The notes beneath the pieces are model-generated. The model was given only the letters and a program-made list of their open reading frames with translations. It was not told the origin of the DNA and did not search any database. A DNA stretch of 64,000 bases from an uncultured delta proteobacterium (lineage in GTDB: Bacteria; Myxococcota_A; Polyangia; Polyangiales; JAFGIB01), in contig CAVZVA010000010.1 in NCBI GenBank assembly GCA_963778655.1, forward strand, positions 1,280,001 to 1,344,000, written 5' to 3'. The translations under genes and the position numbers were made by a program. Shown piece after piece: positions 49,056-58,168 of this stretch; the stretch's first letter is position 1, and every line of letters begins with the position of its first letter.

Positions 49056-50861
49056 ATGCCAGAAGCCAAAGACGTCAACGTCTCCTGGAGCGAGCTCGAC
49101 GAGGGTGTCGAGCGGCCGGCCGGTGCCGTGCACGAGCTGGTCACCCGGCGCGCGCCGTTCTTGGCGTACAACCTCGAGCGGCTCGCGTTCTGCGCGGACG
49201 GCGGGGTCATGCTGCCTTCCGCGCCGGATCTCGCCGCCGCGCCCGCGCAGCCGGCCGCAGCCGCCGGTGGCGGCCAGGATAGCGATGACGACGCCGATGC
49301 CGGCGGCGCGAGCGCAGGCACGGCGCCGAAAGCTGCGCCGCAACCCGAGCAGCCGGCCACGGGGCTGCTGTTGTTGCGCCAGCTGTTCGCGGGCCTCGAC
49401 GCGGTGGCGGGCAAGAAGTGCCTGGTCGCGGCGCACACCGATCTGCTGCAAGGCGCGCCCGCGCTCGCGCTGACCCAGCGCCGTGCCGACAACGTGGCGC
49501 TCTACCTGCAAGGCGATCGCGAGGCCTGGGCTGCGAGCTGCATGCCGTACCAGGACGTCGAGTGGCAGACGATCCTGCAGTGGGCGGCGATGCGCTTCGG
49601 CTTTCCTTGCGATCCCGGGCCAATCGCGGAGCCCCTGCGCGCCCAGGCGCGCGCTGCGCTGCGCCGCTTCCGCCTGCGCTACAACCAGGACTTCGGCGGC
49701 GATCTGCCGGAGCTCGGCGACATCTCGGCCGACGACTTCGGCGCGTTCTACGATCTGTACGACGCCTGGCTCGCGCGCGTGCTCGGCGAGGACGACCTCG
49801 ACGCCAAGCGCAAGCCGCTCAAGTTCCTCGACCCGGCGGCGATTGGTTGCGGCGCGAGCTTCCCCAATGCGCCGCCGCGCGCGCCCGGCTTTCGGGCGCC
49901 CGCGAATCGGCGGGTCGAGCTGCTGTTCTTCGACAGCGACCAGCCCAATCTCGAGCTGAAGCCGCCCGGCGTGCACGTCTATGCCTTGCGCGAGCTCGTG
50001 CCCGAGCGACTCGAGCTCGAGCCAGTGGACTGCGTGGTGCTCGAGATCGCGTTCAGCGAGAGCATCGTCGAGGCGCTGCCCGAGGGCGCCGCGCTCGAGC
50101 TGACCGGGCCGCCCGGTCCACCGCAGCGCCGCCTGCTCGCCGACGGCCAGCGTGACGGCGGCAGCATGCATTACGGCTTCGACTGGGTCGATCCCAGCGT
50201 CGCGGTGACGCTGAAGGCCAGCGCGGGCGGCCGCGAGGTCACGCTGTTCGAGCATCAGGTCAAGGGCCAGCCCGACCAGAAGATCGAGCTCTCGGGCGCG
50301 CTCGAGCTGCTGCTCGAGGACGACGTGGTTGGCGACGACGAGCAGCCCGACCCGCTGTTCAGCGGCCGGCTGCCGGAGTTTCCGGGCTCGCCCGACACCG
50401 AAGCTGATGCCGGCCCCACGCTCGAGCTGCGCCTGCACGACGAGCACAGCCGCCCGCTCGCCAACGCCCCCTTCCGCGTGCACGGAGCAGCCGCGCCCAC
50501 CGCGGGTCGCTCCGGCGCCGACGGCTTCATCCGCTTGCACCTGCCGCAGGCGTGTCCGGCCAAGCTCACGCTCGAGTGGAGCGACGGCCCGGCCGACGAG
50601 CTGCGTTTCTCGCGCGAGCTGTTCGTGGAGTGCAGCGGCAGCGATCCCGACAGCGACAAGGCGCGCCTGCACAACCTCGGCTATGACGTGGAGGGCGACT
50701 TCGAGACGGCGGTGCGCGCGTTCCAGCTCGACTATCAGGTCGACCACGAGCCCGAGCCGGCTGGGGCGCAGGGCGGCGCGCTGCCGGCCGCGAGCCGCGC
50801 GCGCCTGGCCGCGATCTTCGAAAACCCGGCGCTCGACGCCACGCCCGCGGGGCCAGCATGA
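49056..50861 (+). CDS. OmpA-like plus peptidoglycan-binding-domain protein, no signal peptide
   Basis: AAHTD...LTQRRADNV...ANRRVELLFF (OmpA_C); PG_binding_1-like CDPGPI...ALRRFR and ARLHNLGY...AVRAFQ. Confidence 0.72.
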   Translation: MPEAKDVNVSWSELDEGVERPAGAVHELVTRRAPFLAYNLERLAFCADGGVMLPSAPDLAAAPAQPAAAAGGGQDSDDDADAGGASAGTAPKAAPQPEQPATGLLLLRQLFAGLDAVAGKKCLVAAHTDLLQGAPALALTQRRADNVALYLQGDREAWAASCMPYQDVEWQTILQWAAMRFGFPCDPGPIAEPLRAQARAALRRFRLRYNQDFGGDLPELGDISADDFGAFYDLYDAWLARVLGEDDLDAKRKPLKFLDPAAIGCGASFPNAPPRAPGFRAPANRRVELLFFDSDQPNLELKPPGVHVYALRELVPERLELEPVDCVVLEIAFSESIVEALPEGAALELTGPPGPPQRRLLADGQRDGGSMHYGFDWVDPSVAVTLKASAGGREVTLFEHQVKGQPDQKIELSGALELLLEDDVVGDDEQPDPLFSGRLPEFPGSPDTEADAGPTLELRLHDEHSRPLANAPFRVHGAAAPTAGRSGADGFIRLHLPQACPAKLTLEWSDGPADELRFSRELFVECSGSDPDSDKARLHNLGYDVEGDFETAVRAFQLDYQVDHEPEPAGAQGGALPAASRARLAAIFENPALDATPAGPA

Positions 50862-51727
50862 GCAACGGCCACAAGCCGGCGGGCAAGACCAAACGCAGCC
50901 CGGTCGTCCCCTCGCGCGGCACCGAGGTCACGCTGGTGGCCGACTTCCCGCGGCCCAAGGCGTGGGGCAAGCGCGGCACCAAGAGCGGCGACGCGGCCGA
51001 GATCGCCGTCTTGCAGGCGGGCGGCTGGCATCCGACCACCGATGACTTCATGCAGGTGGCCAACGTGCCCAACACGGGCCACAAGGGCAAGCCGCTCACC
51101 GAGATCATCAAGATCAAGACGATGGGTGAATTCCTAGGCGCGATCCTCGGCACCGGCGCGGGCGGAAAGCCCACCCGACCCAAGCACTCGATCAAGCGCC
51201 TCAATCTGATCAGCCACGGCATCGGGGAGCCCGGCCGCGAGCCTCTGTATGGGCTGTCGGGCGAGATCAAGGCCAACGGCGATTGCTTTCTCAACCTGTC
51301 GGTGCCCGAGAACGGCGATCCCAACGCGCCGATGGCCAGCGGCGGCATCGATCAATCGGTGCTGCAATGGCTCAACGGCAGCGCCAAGTCGATCCGCGAC
51401 GAGTGCCGCGAGCGCTTTCGAGAGGACGGCGAGATCGGCCTGATCCTGTGCAACGGCGCGGGCGCCCCGCTGGCGATTCTCGCCTCGCTGCTGATGCCCG
51501 AGATGGGCAAGGCCTTCAACGTGCGCATGCGCGGCTACGACGAGGAGATCGTCTACGACAACACCTTCAACGCGAACAGCTTCGTGTCGCGGGACCTCAC
51601 GCGGATCAAGAGCCAGACGCAATCGGGCATCGGCTACTTCTGCGCCGTGCCGGTGGCCAAGCCGCTCGCAGGCTTGCACCTGAAGTTCACCAAGGACATC
51701 GCCAAGCCCAAGACGCCCAAGCCATGA
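50858..51727 (+). CDS. Hypothetical protein with DUF4347/clan-CD-like His...Cys motif; candidate effector
   Basis: IKRLNLISHG ... IGLILCNGAG; ATGA overlaps on both sides. Confidence 0.6.
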   Translation: MSNGHKPAGKTKRSPVVPSRGTEVTLVADFPRPKAWGKRGTKSGDAAEIAVLQAGGWHPTTDDFMQVANVPNTGHKGKPLTEIIKIKTMGEFLGAILGTGAGGKPTRPKHSIKRLNLISHGIGEPGREPLYGLSGEIKANGDCFLNLSVPENGDPNAPMASGGIDQSVLQWLNGSAKSIRDECRERFREDGEIGLILCNGAGAPLAILASLLMPEMGKAFNVRMRGYDEEIVYDNTFNANSFVSRDLTRIKSQTQSGIGYFCAVPVAKPLAGLHLKFTKDIAKPKTPKP

Positions 51728-53028
51728 CCCGTGGACGCCCGCGCCCGGGGGCTCTGCCCGCGCTCGCCGCACTGCTCGCGTGCGCACTGTCGTGCGGTCG
51801 TGCGGCGACCTCGAGCAAGCCGGCCGCGCAGGCCGGGGCAGGGCAGACCGCGGGCGGCGCGCAGGCGGGCGCCGCGGCCGGCCCGCTCTCGCCGCGCTCC
51901 GCGACCGTGGTCTCACCGGCCTTCGACGAGCCCGCGCTCGCGGCAAGCCCGGACGGCCAGAGCGTGTGGCTCGCCAGCTATCTCGCGGAGCCGCCGCTGC
52001 GGCTGTCGCGCCGCGATCGCGAGGGCCGCGTCGTGCTCGACCTCACGCCGGGCGGGCTCGAGCTGCGCCAGGGGGCGAGCGGGATCGCGGCGACCTCCGC
52101 GGGCCCGATCGTCTACGGCAACAGCAACTCGGCGCACGGCTGGTTCGCCTATGTACGCCGCTTCGACCAGCAGGGGCACCCCGGCGCGCTGCGCGTCTTC
52201 CAGGGCGCGCTGTCCATGGACCAGGTCGTCGCCGGCGCGGACGGCGAGCTGACGCTGCTCGTCAGCGTGCGGGGCACGGTCGACTTCGGCGGGCAGCGCG
52301 TGATCGGGCCGCCGGTCGCTTCGCCGCTGCGCAGCATGCCGGTGGTCGTGCGCCTGGATGCGGCGGGCAAGCTGTGCTGGCTGCGGCACCTTCCCTATCG
52401 CGCACGCGGCTTCGCGCTGTCGTTTGGCCTCGCCGCGGCGGCGGACGGGCGGATCGCGATCTTGCGCACCAGCCTACCGCGGCCCGGCGACGGCCCCGCG
52501 GTCGAGATCTGGGACGCCGACGGCAAGCCGGTTTGGTCGAGCGGCGACCTCATGGTCGCCGAGCACGCAGCCTTTCGCAGCGACGGCACGCTGATCGCGG
52601 TCGGGACGACGGCGCCGCTTTCCGAGCGCGCGCTGCAACAGTCGCTGCCGGACTCGGTGGTGCTCGACGTGTACGGTCACGGCCAGCGCCACAGCCGGAC
52701 GCGGCTGTGCATGCGCTGCGGCAGCGCAGCCGGCCTCGGCGTCGACGCCGAGGGTCGCGTCGTGCTGCTCGTGCGCGTGGGCGGCGCCTTCGACTTTGGT
52801 GGCGTCGCGCTCACGCCGGCCGATGCGGAGGGCGAAGACTGGCTGCTCTTGCAGCTGCAGGACGGCCGGCTGCGCGCCCACCACCGCCTGCGTACCACGC
52901 ACGCGCGCCTGGCGGTTGGCGGAGGCAACGTCGCGGTCGTGGCGCAGGGCGTGCGCGGTATCACGGCGCTCGACGGTCGCGAGGTCGCCGCATACAACGC
53001 GAGCGTGCTGTTGCAATTCGATCCCTGA
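51724..53028 (+). CDS. Lipoprotein, probable beta-propeller
   Basis: Lipobox CALSC; repeats GTVDFGG / GAFDFGG, VVRLDAAG, DADGKPVW. Confidence 0.7.
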   Translation: MTRGRPRPGALPALAALLACALSCGRAATSSKPAAQAGAGQTAGGAQAGAAAGPLSPRSATVVSPAFDEPALAASPDGQSVWLASYLAEPPLRLSRRDREGRVVLDLTPGGLELRQGASGIAATSAGPIVYGNSNSAHGWFAYVRRFDQQGHPGALRVFQGALSMDQVVAGADGELTLLVSVRGTVDFGGQRVIGPPVASPLRSMPVVVRLDAAGKLCWLRHLPYRARGFALSFGLAAAADGRIAILRTSLPRPGDGPAVEIWDADGKPVWSSGDLMVAEHAAFRSDGTLIAVGTTAPLSERALQQSLPDSVVLDVYGHGQRHSRTRLCMRCGSAAGLGVDAEGRVVLLVRVGGAFDFGGVALTPADAEGEDWLLLQLQDGRLRAHHRLRTTHARLAVGGGNVAVVAQGVRGITALDGREVAAYNASVLLQFDP

Positions 53029-53062
53029 CGCGTGCCGAGCCCGGGCCGTGTAGCATGCCCGG

Positions 53063-53788
53063 GTGCGCCGCGTTTCGAACGCCCGCTGGCCCTGGCCATG
53101 GATCGCGCTGCTCGCGGCGTGCGCGCAGCACGGTGGCGACGCCCACGGCGCGCCGCCGGCCGCAGCACCGGCGGCGCGAGCGCAGCCCGCAGCCGCCGCC
53201 ACGCCGGCGAGCACGCCGGCCCAAGGCGGCGAGCCTGCCGCCTCGGCGCAGCGCGCGGTTGCTCCCGCTGTCGAAGCCGCAGGCCCGCAGGCCGAAGCGG
53301 CGAGCGCTGGCGCCCCCCCTGCGTCGTCCGCAGCTGCGCCCGGCACTCCGGCCGGCAGCGGCCAAGGCCGCGTGTGCGTGGCGCACCTGGACCTTTCGCG
53401 CTCGCCGGGCAAAGGCGAGGTGAGCACCGAAATGTACGGCCAGGGCCCGAGCGCGGCGCAGCTCGCCCGCGATCGCGCGGCCCGCGCGCGCGGCGTCGAC
53501 GTGCAGGTCGACGCGCTGCCCGCGGTGCGCGTCACGCTGAAGCAGGGCGCGCAGGTGCCGGGCGTGGCGCTGGGCGCGCGCCATCGCGTGCGCGTGCGCG
53601 CGCCCGACGGCAGCGCGCTTGCCAGCTTCGACTTCGACTTCGCCGACTACGAGAGCGACGTGGTGTGCGTCTACGACGACGCCTTCTACGCCAACTGGCG
53701 GATCAAGCGCGCCGACCGGCTCGACCGCTGCCGCTGCACCGAGCAGCCGCGCAAGCTGCGCACGCGCGGCGGCGCCCTGGTGCAGTGA
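53063..53788 (+). CDS. Hypothetical lipoprotein
   Basis: Lipobox LLAAC; Ala/Pro linker; Cys-containing C-terminal domain. Confidence 0.7.
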   Translation: MRRVSNARWPWPWIALLAACAQHGGDAHGAPPAAAPAARAQPAAAATPASTPAQGGEPAASAQRAVAPAVEAAGPQAEAASAGAPPASSAAAPGTPAGSGQGRVCVAHLDLSRSPGKGEVSTEMYGQGPSAAQLARDRAARARGVDVQVDALPAVRVTLKQGAQVPGVALGARHRVRVRAPDGSALASFDFDFADYESDVVCVYDDAFYANWRIKRADRLDRCRCTEQPRKLRTRGGALVQ

Positions 53789-53812
53789 AACAGGCGCGGC
53801 GCGTCGCGCGCG

Positions 53813-55495
53813 TCAAGGCGGTGGTGCGAGCTTGCTGCCGACCACGCTGAGCTTGCCGTCGAGCCCGCGCTCCAGCGCGAACACCTGGTGATCATCGGTG
53901 ACGAGGAAGCCCTGCTCGAGCGCGGCATCGCGATGGTGCAGCACGTAACGCTGGCCGCTGTGGCCGTCCGCGCTGAAGGCGTCGCGGGCCAGGGTGAACT
54001 TGCGACCCTCCGCGGAGGTCGCGAAGAGGTCGAAGAACTCGAGCCGGGTGCGGTTGCGCCGGAAGTCCACCGAGAAGCGGTAGAAGCCGCTGTCGAAGGC
54101 GGGATCGTCGGGCGCGCTGCGGCCCGCGATCTTGTGGAAATCCACGTAGCCCTGGTCGAAGTCGCCGTCGGTCGGCTCGAACTCGGGGCCGAACTGCTCC
54201 TTATAGTAAGGGTAGAGCTTGCCCCACGACTTCGGCACGATGCGCATGAAGGCGATGCCGTTGCGCAGCGCGAACTCGCTGCCGGCGCCGGGCGGCGCGC
54301 CCAGCGTCGACTTGTCGAAGAACTTCGCTGCGGCCGCCAGGTAGGTGCGTTCCGGGTCGGCGAAGCGCTGGAACAGGTACTTGCACAGGAACTTGCGGTT
54401 GAGCCGGCGCTCGAGCCTGCCGAACGGCGGCATGAACAGGCGGTAGCTGAACAGCGCGGTCTCGCCCTTGGGCTTGACCTTCTCGCCCGCGGTGATCGCC
54501 AGACGGTATTCGCGCACCGCGTTGCAGCCGAAGGCGCGGAACACGCCGTCGCTGGCGAGCGCTTCCTTCATGTGCGGCCAGCCGTCGTCGGCCTGTACGT
54601 TTGCGGCCAGGAAGTCGCGCGAGCGGCCGTCGAAGTCGTAGGGCGAGCGCGCGTCGGGACGCGGGCGCTCGACATCGATGTCGTCGGTGTCGTAGAGAAT
54701 CGGGCCGCCCTCCCAGGCGTGGCTGAAGATGCTCACCTCCTTGACGCTGCCCGGCCGCTGCTCGCCGACCCGCGACAGATAGCGATACAGGTCGACGATC
54801 GAAAGCGCGCCGGCGGCTTGCAGCGCCCTGCCCATCTTCTCGGTGTCGTCGGACAGCGCCACGTGCCCGCGGCCCGGGCGCAGGCCCGCGGGCGGCGCCG
54901 GCAGGGGGCGCACGTCGACGAAGCCACGGTGCGCCTTGACGAAGGTGGCGGTGCCGCGGTTGTCGCATGACAGCACTGTCACGAGCGTGCCGGCGTCGAT
55001 CTTCTTCTCGCGAAACAGCGCGTCACGCCGGCCGAGCGCGAACGCCAGAAAGCGCGTACCGTGGCTTTCATATTCGGTGCCGCTCAGGAACACCACCTCC
55101 GACTGCGGAAAGAGCGTGACAGTGAAGGCGGTCTTGCGCACCTTCTGACCTTCGGCCTCGACCGTCTCGGCCACGAAGCTCACGCTCTTGGCCAGGCGCG
55201 AGGGCGGCGGTTTGGCGAAGAGCTCACCGGCCGCGTTCTGCTGCATCAGCAGCGGCTGCACCACGGGCGAGCTGTCCTTGCGCCGTACGATCAACAGCCA
55301 GGGCCCGGCGCTCACCTGCAGGGTGAACGACACGTAGTGGCCGCCGCCCTCGTGCTGGTGCGTAGCCGGCGCCTCCGCGTACGGGTATTCGAAGCCAAAG
55401 GCCTCGATCGTGGTCTCCGCTTGTAGCGCGACCTCGGCGTCTTCGACCGCCGCCCCGTCGGGGTCTCGCACGAGCACGTGCCACTGGTGTTCCAT
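53813..55495 (-). CDS. Hypothetical protein: beta-sandwich-like N-terminus plus His...Cys (DUF4347/clan-CD-like) domain
   Basis: VLVRDPDGAAVEDAEV; VKEVSIFSHAWEGGPIL ... FRAFGCN. Confidence 0.65.
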   Translation of the reverse strand: MEHQWHVLVRDPDGAAVEDAEVALQAETTIEAFGFEYPYAEAPATHQHEGGGHYVSFTLQVSAGPWLLIVRRKDSSPVVQPLLMQQNAAGELFAKPPPSRLAKSVSFVAETVEAEGQKVRKTAFTVTLFPQSEVVFLSGTEYESHGTRFLAFALGRRDALFREKKIDAGTLVTVLSCDNRGTATFVKAHRGFVDVRPLPAPPAGLRPGRGHVALSDDTEKMGRALQAAGALSIVDLYRYLSRVGEQRPGSVKEVSIFSHAWEGGPILYDTDDIDVERPRPDARSPYDFDGRSRDFLAANVQADDGWPHMKEALASDGVFRAFGCNAVREYRLAITAGEKVKPKGETALFSYRLFMPPFGRLERRLNRKFLCKYLFQRFADPERTYLAAAAKFFDKSTLGAPPGAGSEFALRNGIAFMRIVPKSWGKLYPYYKEQFGPEFEPTDGDFDQGYVDFHKIAGRSAPDDPAFDSGFYRFSVDFRRNRTRLEFFDLFATSAEGRKFTLARDAFSADGHSGQRYVLHHRDAALEQGFLVTDDHQVFALERGLDGKLSVVGSKLAPPP

Positions 55496-55582
55496 CGAGC
55501 AGGCCAGCCGTAGCGCATTCGCGAGCCCGGGGGCAAGTGCCCGCGTGCCAACCGCTGGCCGAGCACTTCCAGACGCGATCGA

Positions 55583-58135
55583 TCACTCGGCGCTGGACGG
55601 GGCTGCCGTCGAGCTGCGTAGGGAGCGGGCGAGGCCCTCGAGCAGGTCCGCCAGCGGCGCCGCGAGCTCGGGCGGCGCCTCGATGCGCAGCCCTCCGTCG
55701 GGCAACGGCGCAAGCGAGATGCGAGAGAGCGCGGCGAGCAGCTCCGGCGGTGGCGCGGGCGCGCTGGCTCGAGACGGGAAGGAGCCCGGCTCTGGCCCCG
55801 CTGCTTGCTCGGACGCATCGACGACATCGAGCACATCGTCGCTCGCGCTCTCGGGCAAGACCGGCGCGTCCACCAGCTTCTTCACGCCGTCCAGGAACGA
55901 ATGGTCGCCCTCGAATCTCACCTCGTCGGTCGTGCCGTCGAACAACGAGGAGAACACCGCTTTCTTGTCGGCGATGAGCTGGGCAATGCGGGTCTCGATG
56001 CCCGCATCGGTGACCAGGTTGTAGACGTCGATGGGCTGGTTCTGGCCGAGCCGGTGGATGCGACCGATGCGCTGCTCGAGCACCGCGGGATTCCAGGGCA
56101 GCTCGAGGTTGATGCAACAAGTCGCCGCGCGCTGCAGATTCAGACCCACGCCGCCGGCATCGCTGAGGAACATCATGCTCACCGCCGGATCGTCGTGCAG
56201 GTCCACGATTGCGCGCTCGCGCTGCTTGGCGGATTCCGCCCCCGTGAAGAACACCGCCCGGCGCCCTGCAGCCGCGAGCAGGTCGCGCACGGCCCACTCG
56301 GCGAGGCGCAGCATGTTGCGCCACTGACTGAACACAACCGCTTTGCGGCCTTGTTCCAGCACCACCTGTTCTATCAGGCCGCGCAGCGCCGACAGCTTCG
56401 GCGCGCACAAGCTCTCGAGCAGCGCCGGCGTCGGTCGCCCTGCCTGCAGGCAGCGAGGCCATTCGTCTTCGAAATAGAGCTGTGCCAGGCCGTTGCAGAT
56501 CATGCGCTGCGTGGTCAATAGCTGCATCAGTTGCAGAAACTCCGGTTGCATCAGCGGCCGCCGCGCGGCGATGCTGACCAGCCGCGCGATCGGCGGCCTG
56601 AGCTCTTCGTGCTCGAGCTGCTGGGGCGGCGTCATCTCGACCGGTACGCGCGTGTCGGTCCGCGAAGGCAGCTGGCTGAGCACCTCCTTGCGCACGCGCC
56701 GCAACATCACGTCGGAGAGTCGCTGGCGTAGCGTGTCGAGGTGGCGCGCCCCGGCCATGCCGCGTGCGCCGCTTCCGATGCTCATGCTGTGCCAGGGCAC
56801 GAGCCGCCACTTGGGCTCGAGCGCCGCGTCGTCGACGAAATCCATGATCGAGGCGAGCTCTTCGAAGCGGTTCTCCATCGGGGTGCCGGTGAGCACCAGT
56901 CGATAGCGCGGCGCGAGCGCTTTGACGTAGGCAGCCGACTTGGTCGCCCAGTTCTTGATGCGTTGGGCCTCGTCGAGCACGCACAGCTCGGGCGCGAAGC
57001 GCTGGACCGCCGGAAAGTCGCGCAGGAGCTGCTCGTAGCCGATCACCAGAAAGCCACGCGCGGTGCGCGCGTAGAGATCGGCGCGTTCTGCCGGCGAGCC
57101 CTCGACCACGGTTAGTGGCACGCGCGTGGTCGCGTCCCATTCGCGCTTCCACTGCGACTTGAGCGCGGCCGGTACGATCAGCAGGCCCTTCCTGACCCGG
57201 CGGGTCTCAAATAATCCATGGCAGGCGGCAATCGCCTGCGTGGTCTTACCCAGGCCCATGTCGTCGGCGAGCAGCAAACGGCCGCTGTCGAACATCCGCC
57301 GCACGCCGTCGCGCTGGTACGGGTAGAGCTTGCGGCGCAGAGACGAGAGGCTCTTCGACGCGGCCGCGGTGCAACGCCGGCCATCCACGTGGCGCTCCGC
57401 GCGTGCCCGCTCTTCGGCCAGCAACGTCACCACCGCGGGCTCGGGCTCGAGGCGGCCGCGCGCGATCACACGTTCGAGCGCCGCGATTAGTGCAAGACGC
57501 CGCCCGGGATCGCGCAGCACTGCCGGCGACGGGCGGCCGTGCAAGAAGCCGTCGATCTGTAGCGTGCGAGCGCCCGGTACGAGCGCGAGGCGTGCCAGGC
57601 GGTCCGCGGGTCCGGTCAGCGGATGCGCAGGCGACCAGCTCAGCCGCGCGCGGCGACCGCCGCCGGCCAGGTGCGCACCGGCGCGCGTGCCCGCGCGGGG
57701 GAGCGTCTGCAGCACGGCCAGCCCGTGCTTGCACAATCCGAGCGAGCTGCGCAGAAAGTCTGCGCAGCCGCAGCTGAGCGCCAGCGGCTCCAGTGCCAAC
57801 AGCGCCATCTCATAGCCGTCCGATGCGCCGCGACTGCGCTGACCGGCTCGCTTCGCGCTGGCGACACGATAGGTCCCGAGCACGGCTCCACCGCTCGGAC
57901 GCTGTCTGACGCGCACCCCGTCACGTTGGCTGAAGGCGTAACGGCGCTCGAGCGCGGCCAGCGCAGCCCTGCGCACCGGCCAATCGGCATCCTCGGTCAT
58001 CCGTAGCACGTGCTCGACGATACGCTCGGGGGCGATGCGTCCGAATCTGCTCTTGGCAGCGGCGAGCAGCAGCTCGCGCGTCTCGGCGAGCGACCGCTCC
58101 GTCGAGGCAGGTTCCTGGTTGATGATTCGGTTCAC
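55583..58135 (-). CDS. SWIM zinc finger + SNF2-family helicase
   Basis: SCGCADF...LCKH; LADDMGLGKT; LDEAQRIKN; LTGTPMEN; GLNLQ; WNP..EQRIGRIHRLGQ. Confidence 0.93.
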   Translation of the reverse strand: MNRIINQEPASTERSLAETRELLLAAAKSRFGRIAPERIVEHVLRMTEDADWPVRRAALAALERRYAFSQRDGVRVRQRPSGGAVLGTYRVASAKRAGQRSRGASDGYEMALLALEPLALSCGCADFLRSSLGLCKHGLAVLQTLPRAGTRAGAHLAGGGRRARLSWSPAHPLTGPADRLARLALVPGARTLQIDGFLHGRPSPAVLRDPGRRLALIAALERVIARGRLEPEPAVVTLLAEERARAERHVDGRRCTAAASKSLSSLRRKLYPYQRDGVRRMFDSGRLLLADDMGLGKTTQAIAACHGLFETRRVRKGLLIVPAALKSQWKREWDATTRVPLTVVEGSPAERADLYARTARGFLVIGYEQLLRDFPAVQRFAPELCVLDEAQRIKNWATKSAAYVKALAPRYRLVLTGTPMENRFEELASIMDFVDDAALEPKWRLVPWHSMSIGSGARGMAGARHLDTLRQRLSDVMLRRVRKEVLSQLPSRTDTRVPVEMTPPQQLEHEELRPPIARLVSIAARRPLMQPEFLQLMQLLTTQRMICNGLAQLYFEDEWPRCLQAGRPTPALLESLCAPKLSALRGLIEQVVLEQGRKAVVFSQWRNMLRLAEWAVRDLLAAAGRRAVFFTGAESAKQRERAIVDLHDDPAVSMMFLSDAGGVGLNLQRAATCCINLELPWNPAVLEQRIGRIHRLGQNQPIDVYNLVTDAGIETRIAQLIADKKAVFSSLFDGTTDEVRFEGDHSFLDGVKKLVDAPVLPESASDDVLDVVDASEQAAGPEPGSFPSRASAPAPPPELLAALSRISLAPLPDGGLRIEAPPELAAPLADLLEGLARSLRSSTAAPSSAE

Positions 58136-58168
58136 GGATGGGTGGCCTACGCTCTCGCTCGCGGTAGA

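Noticed and set aside
36504..58168. Cargo region as a prophage, ICE or transposon
   Set aside because: No integrase, transposase, tRNA or terminal direct repeats were found by eye
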